Source of the DNA: Terriglobia bacterium
GTDB taxonomy: Bacteria > Acidobacteriota > Terriglobia > 20CM-2-55-15
DNA: 64,000 bases
Reading direction: 5' to 3'
NCBI GenBank assembly: GCA_965198265.1
Contig: CBDAPB010000032.1
Location: 2,557-66,556, forward strand
Shown here piece after piece: positions 59,929 through 64,000 of this stretch. Numbering within the stretch: the first letter of the stretch is position 1; the number at the start of each line of letters is the position of its first letter. The position numbers and the translations under genes are program-made. The notes below the pieces were generated by a model, which ran no database searches, was not told the origin of the DNA, and saw only the letters and a program-made list of their open reading frames with translations.

Positions 59929-61622
59929 CAGACTTCCTGGGTCACCCGGAGGACTTCGTCCGGCGTGGTGGTCCCTTCCCGCACTTTCTTCCAACCGTCT
60001 TCCTTGAGCGTGCGCATGCCGGAACGAATCGCCTGTTCTTTCAGAACGTTCGCGTCCGGGTTCGAGGTGATGACTTCGCGAAGAGCCTCATCGATATCGA
60101 CGAGCTCGAATATGCCCAGGCGGCTTTCATATCCCGTATAACCGCAATGCTCACAACCGGGCCCTTTCTGCAACTCGACGGAACCCTCGGACTCTTCCAG
60201 CGGAAAGTCCAGATCCCGGGCCGTCTGGACCGATATCCGCTCCGTGCGGCAACACTTCTCGCAGTTGGCACGAACGAGACGCTGGGCCAGGATCCCGATC
60301 AGCGAAGAGGCCAGCAGGTAGTCCTCGACCCCCATGTCGATTAAGCGCGTGATCGCACTGGGAGCGTCGTTCGTGTGGAGCGTGCTGAAAACCAGATGGC
60401 CCGTCAGCGCGGCCCGGATCGCGATCTCGGCTGTTTCCAGATCCCGGATCTCGCCGATCATGATCACATCCGGGTCCTGCCGGACGATATGACGCAGGCC
60501 GGTCGAAAAAGTGAGGCCGATCTGCGTGTTCACCTGGATCTGGTTGATGCCGTCCATCTGATACTCGACCGGGTCTTCGATAGTGATGATCTTTCGATCG
60601 GGAATGTTGATTCTCTTCAGCGCGCTGTAGAGGGTCGTCGTCTTGCCGCTGCCCGTCGGTCCAGTGACGAGCACGATCCCATGGGGTTTGGAGGTCATCT
60701 CGCAGATCTTCGAGTAGAGGTCCTCCGGAAAACCGAGTCGGCGGAGATCAATCAGGTCCGTGTTCGATTTGTCCAGGATCCGCATCACGACGCTCTCGCC
60801 GTACATCGTCGGAAGAGTGGACACACGCAGGTCGATTTCCTTCCCCAGCACCTTCAGCTTGATCCTGCCGTCCTGCGGAAGGCGGCGTTCGGCAATGTTC
60901 AGCTTCGCCATCAGTTTGATGCGCGAGATGATCGCTCCCCGCAGCCGATTGGGCGGAGCATCGACGTTCTGCAACACACCGTCGACACGGTATCGAAGCT
61001 GAAGTTCCTTCTCGAACGGCTCGATGTGGATGTCGCTCGCGCGCGACTCCACTGCTCTCGAGATGATCAGGTTGACCATCCGGATGACGGGCACCTCGGA
61101 GGCGAGGTCTCGAAGCTGGTCGACGTCGTCATCGGTGAGCGTATCGCCGAGCGTCTCGATCAGCTTCTCGTCGCCACCCTCTTCACCGTAGAGCCGGTCC
61201 AGCTGAACGACGACGTCCGACTCGGACGCGAGATTTACCCTCAGGTCATAGCCGGTGCGCAAACGGATCGTGGACAGGGTTTCCGAATCCAACGGATCCG
61301 CCATCACCAGCGACAGGACGTCATCCTCGAGGTGTACCGGAAGGACTTTGAACGGACGGAGAAAACGGTAGGGGAGCTTCTCGGTTTCAATCGGAACCGC
61401 CGGGTATTCTCCACTGAACAGCGGGACGTCGATCTGTCCGCTCAGTACCGACAGAACATCCCGTTCGGAAACGAATCCGAGATCCGTCAGTATTTTTCCG
61501 ATTCGATCGGACCGCTCGGCTTGCAGCGACAGAGCGTTGTTCAGATCCTCGTCGGAAATCAGGTCGCGCTCCTGGAGCAGCTCGCCCAGAAGCTTCCGAT
61601 CGAACGCCAGTAGCGCCTTCAT
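59928..61622 (-). CDS. gspE: T2SS ATPase GspE
   Basis: It has Walker A GPTGSGKTT, a tetracysteine motif (CEKC...CEHC) and the N1/N2 domains (564 aa). Confidence 0.9.
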   Translation of the reverse strand: MKALLAFDRKLLGELLQERDLISDEDLNNALSLQAERSDRIGKILTDLGFVSERDVLSVLSGQIDVPLFSGEYPAVPIETEKLPYRFLRPFKVLPVHLEDDVLSLVMADPLDSETLSTIRLRTGYDLRVNLASESDVVVQLDRLYGEEGGDEKLIETLGDTLTDDDVDQLRDLASEVPVIRMVNLIISRAVESRASDIHIEPFEKELQLRYRVDGVLQNVDAPPNRLRGAIISRIKLMAKLNIAERRLPQDGRIKLKVLGKEIDLRVSTLPTMYGESVVMRILDKSNTDLIDLRRLGFPEDLYSKICEMTSKPHGIVLVTGPTGSGKTTTLYSALKRINIPDRKIITIEDPVEYQMDGINQIQVNTQIGLTFSTGLRHIVRQDPDVIMIGEIRDLETAEIAIRAALTGHLVFSTLHTNDAPSAITRLIDMGVEDYLLASSLIGILAQRLVRANCEKCCRTERISVQTARDLDFPLEESEGSVELQKGPGCEHCGYTGYESRLGIFELVDIDEALREVITSNPDANVLKEQAIRSGMRTLKEDGWKKVREGTTTPDEVLRVTQEV

Positions 61623-61628
61623 GGGACG

Positions 61629-62162
61629 TCAGTATTCCCGGATGTTCACACGGTCGCGGAACGCGGCCGGGCTGATTCTTCGCGCCTCGAGGTCGGCCGC
61701 CGCTTGCTTTCCGACGGAGACGACAACCTGGGTGGGCAGGTCGGGCAAGTCGGCGGGATTCGTGTTCAGCAGGTGAATGACGATCGCAACCCGCTCATCC
61801 GAACCGACCGAGGCCAGTCCAGCCACCCTGTTCTGCAGCAGCTCGACCGCTTTGTCCTTGAGAGCTTCGCGGCGCTCGGCGCTCGACCGACGAATCTCTT
61901 CGGGTTGCTTCACACCGCTAAACGGATTCCGCGGCGGTTCCAGCGCAACCTCGACCGTGACCACGAGTCCATAATCGTCCAGTTGCGTCGCCTTGGATCT
62001 CTGCAACAACGGACCGGGAACGATAGAAGAAACGGCATCATCCAGCGCGGCGGCCATCACCGCCGATTCCTGCCGGAATCGGGAAAGCTGGTCCGTGCCG
62101 GCCTGCGCGGGAAGGATAGCCGGAACGATCATCAACAAAACCAACAGCCGGAGTTTTCTCAT
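61629..62162 (-). CDS. hypothetical secreted protein co-transcribed between the anti-sigma factor and gspE
   Basis: It has a signal peptide (MRKLRLLVLLMIVPAILPAQA) and overlaps the anti-sigma gene by 4 nt. Confidence 0.5.
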   Translation of the reverse strand: MRKLRLLVLLMIVPAILPAQAGTDQLSRFRQESAVMAAALDDAVSSIVPGPLLQRSKATQLDDYGLVVTVEVALEPPRNPFSGVKQPEEIRRSSAERREALKDKAVELLQNRVAGLASVGSDERVAIVIHLLNTNPADLPDLPTQVVVSVGKQAAADLEARRISPAAFRDRVNIREY

Positions 62163-62797
62163 TCACGGACCTCGGTCCTCGCAGCCAAAAGCTGGATCGA
62201 AGACGCATTCTCCAAGGTGTCCCGCAGCGCAGCACGCTGAAGATCGGATAGATACGCCATTTCGGCCCTAAGGCGCTGAACCTCCATGGCATTCGTGCCA
62301 GAGATTGTCTGGATGCGTTCCGCGAACTCGGACTCCAACCACGCCTGCTGTTCGGCCGTGACGCGTGCCACGATCTGCTCGTAGTCCACCGGTTGCGGCT
62401 CGACAACGATAGGTTGAGCGGCCACCTGCAAAGGCTCGGCTTGGGGCAACGCACCAAACGCGATCGTCATGCCGGATTCGTGCCGATCGAAATGAATCGG
62501 TCCCGTAATCACGAGGGCAAGCACCAGCGCCGCGGCCGTCGCGGAAGGCACGAGCCACCGGAGCGGCAGCCACGTCCTGTTCACCGACTTCCGGGACTCC
62601 ACGAAAACCACCCGTCTCGGCACCTCGACGTCGGGAACCGACTCGAGCGCGTGCTGCACTTTCTGGAACTCCGAGACGCGTCCCTGGCACTCCAGGCACT
62701 GAGCAACGTGCCGCCGGGCCTCGTCCATCTCCGACGCCGTCAGTTCTTCGTCGACGAATTCTGCGAGTCTCTCTTCCAGATGCGACATATCAATCAC
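62159..62797 (-). CDS. anti-sigma factor (zf-HC2 type), single transmembrane helix
   Basis: The N-terminal HxxxCxxC motif (HVAQCLECQ) and a transmembrane segment WLVPSATAAALVLALVI are present. It lies immediately downstream of the ECF sigma gene. Confidence 0.7.
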   Translation of the reverse strand: MIDMSHLEERLAEFVDEELTASEMDEARRHVAQCLECQGRVSEFQKVQHALESVPDVEVPRRVVFVESRKSVNRTWLPLRWLVPSATAAALVLALVITGPIHFDRHESGMTIAFGALPQAEPLQVAAQPIVVEPQPVDYEQIVARVTAEQQAWLESEFAERIQTISGTNAMEVQRLRAEMAYLSDLQRAALRDTLENASSIQLLAARTEVRE

Positions 62798-62798
62798 C

Positions 62799-63344
62799 CT
62801 ATGATGTTTGCGACCGATTGAGCGGTTCGCCGCCCAGGACCGACTTCAGTTTCTCGAAACTCATGTAGAGCCGGGACTTGACCGTCGACACGGGAGCACC
62901 CTGGACAGCGGCGATTTCCTCGAATTTCAGGCCCTGGAAAACCTTCAGGACGACGACCTCCCGCTGATCGTCGGGCAACCCCCCGAGCGCTTTTTCCACA
63001 GCCAACCGGTTCACTATCGACGTCGGTTTCATGCCGGGATCGATTTCGAGAGGAACAAAGGTCTTGCCGGCCTCCTTTCGAAAGCGTGAATAGCACACGT
63101 TGTGTGCGATGCGGTACAACCATGCTGAAAACCGGTCCCGGTCCTTGAGCGACCGAAGCTCGCTGAAAGCCTTCATGAAGCTTTCCTGGCAGAGGTCCAT
63201 GGCTTCGTCCGTATTTCCAACCATCCTGAAGATATAGTTGTAGATAGGCTTTTCCCACTGCCAGACGAGCAGGTTGAAGGAGTTGGTATCTCCTTCCAGG
63301 ACTCGCTCGATGATCCGCCGGTCTCCGGCGCGCTCTAAACTCAA
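62799..63344 (-). CDS. RNA polymerase ECF-type sigma-70 factor
   Basis: Region 2 (WLYRIAHNVCYSRFRK) and region 4 (VVVLKVFQGLKFEEIAAVQGAPVSTVKSRL) are present. Confidence 0.85.
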   Translation of the reverse strand: MSLERAGDRRIIERVLEGDTNSFNLLVWQWEKPIYNYIFRMVGNTDEAMDLCQESFMKAFSELRSLKDRDRFSAWLYRIAHNVCYSRFRKEAGKTFVPLEIDPGMKPTSIVNRLAVEKALGGLPDDQREVVVLKVFQGLKFEEIAAVQGAPVSTVKSRLYMSFEKLKSVLGGEPLNRSQTS

Positions 63345-63612
63345 GTCCGGTCCTCACATAACGGAAAGACGCTGCAGGTCGCCGAAAAGACGAGCGGCCC
63401 ATGATCACGTCACGCTTTCCACACCCGAAGCCGCCCTCAGGAAGAAGGACAACCTGCCTGCCGATGTCGTTCAACACCGGAGCCTTATCCAGGTTCGGTT
63501 GACTTCCGAGAGGTGTCTGGGCTTATTCTAGTGACCTGTTACAGGCCACTAACGATATATTGTCTCGGACGACGATTCCAGGAGAGGGGAATCGGAGACG
63601 CTTCGCACCGAA

Positions 63613-64000
63613 ATGCAGATCGCTTTCATCCGGCCCTCAGCCCAGGCCAACGCCTACATCAACAATGTGCCGTTGAACTATGTCCCCCTCTCGGCCTACC
63701 TGCGCGACAACGGGCATGAGGCCGGCATCCTGGACCTCGTGCTGAAGGGCATGACGACCGATCACGTGGATGACTACATCCGAAGCCGCAACGTCCGGGT
63801 GGCAGGAATTGGATGCATGACCTGCGAATTCCCCGACGCCGTCGCCGAGGCGCGTCGACTGAAGCAAGTCCACCCGGGGATCAAGATCGTTTTCGGCGGC
63901 GCGCATGCGTCCGGCGACCCGGAGGAGTGCCTCGAGAGCGGCGTGGTCGACTACGTGATCGCCGGAGAGGGGGAAATCGCGCTCGCCAGCCTCCTGACCG
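63613..64000 (+). CDS. B12-binding-domain radical SAM protein (partial; continues beyond window end)
   Basis: The sequence MQIAFIRPSAQANAYINNVPLNYVPLSAYLRDNGHEAGILDL...IVFGGAHASGDPEE...DYVIAGEGE is the N-terminal cobalamin-binding Rossmann module typical of class B radical SAM enzymes. Confidence 0.65.
   Translation, partial: MQIAFIRPSAQANAYINNVPLNYVPLSAYLRDNGHEAGILDLVLKGMTTDHVDDYIRSRNVRVAGIGCMTCEFPDAVAEARRLKQVHPGIKIVFGGAHASGDPEECLESGVVDYVIAGEGEIALASLLT

Noticed and set aside
56769-61613. Plus-strand ORFs 56769..57788 and 60375..61613
   Set aside because: They are antisense to gspJ/gspI and to gspE.

Overview
High-GC (~65% by eye) bacterial chromosomal segment. The gene content fits Acidobacteriota best: a TIGR03436-like VWA protein, a PSCyt/DUF1592 + DUF1552 pair, a giant NHL/IPT/YVTN surface protein and weak Shine-Dalgarno usage. 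Most long plus-strand ORFs in the supplied track are antisense artefacts of the high GC content.

Real content, 5'->3':
- a partial ABC ATPase (minus strand) and a two-domain rhodanese;
- an IS1182-like insertion sequence (1856-3400) ending 6 bp before a short nuoG, with nuoI directly overlapping and no nuoH;
- tRNA-Ser(TGA);
- a minus-strand operon PSCyt/DUF1592 - DUF1552 - two near-identical tandem copies of a secreted ankyrin-repeat protein (2059-bp tandem duplication);
- thiolase; a VWA protein whose terminator hairpin was hit by an IS1380-like element (16903-18640, CTAG target duplication);
- two tandem four-helix-bundle (TIGR02436) genes, a D-2-hydroxyacid dehydrogenase, a MEMO1-like protein and a 154-bp MITE-like element with 22-bp perfect inverted repeats;
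- secreted hypotheticals, ruvC and yebC;
- a sugar-nucleotide/glycosylation region: a DegT aminotransferase and a UDP-HexNAc dehydrogenase; a VapBC-like toxin-antitoxin pair; a 2820-aa surface protein (YVTN propeller + IPT/TIG array + NHL propeller); a kpsF pseudogene; DUF2304; a GT2 gene split by a decayed IS4-like element (39933-41220, 9-bp target duplication); two GT4 genes; an epimerase/dehydratase; an overlapping DPM1-like GT2 + TMTC-like (GT-C + TPR) pair in a visibly lower-GC block; and a Thr-rich secreted protein broken by a frameshift;
- an 11-gene T2SS operon (gspE-F-G-H-I-J-K-L-M-C/PilP-D) headed by an ECF sigma / anti-sigma pair, with an in-frame TAA splitting gspL;
- the start of a B12-binding radical SAM gene.

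Recurrent period-7 GTAGTCA repeat arrays sit at seven gene boundaries. The most interesting candidate system is the GT2 + TMTC-like module with the Thr-rich and IPT-domain secreted proteins and the T2SS as neighbours: a possible lipid-linked periplasmic protein O-glycosylation system.
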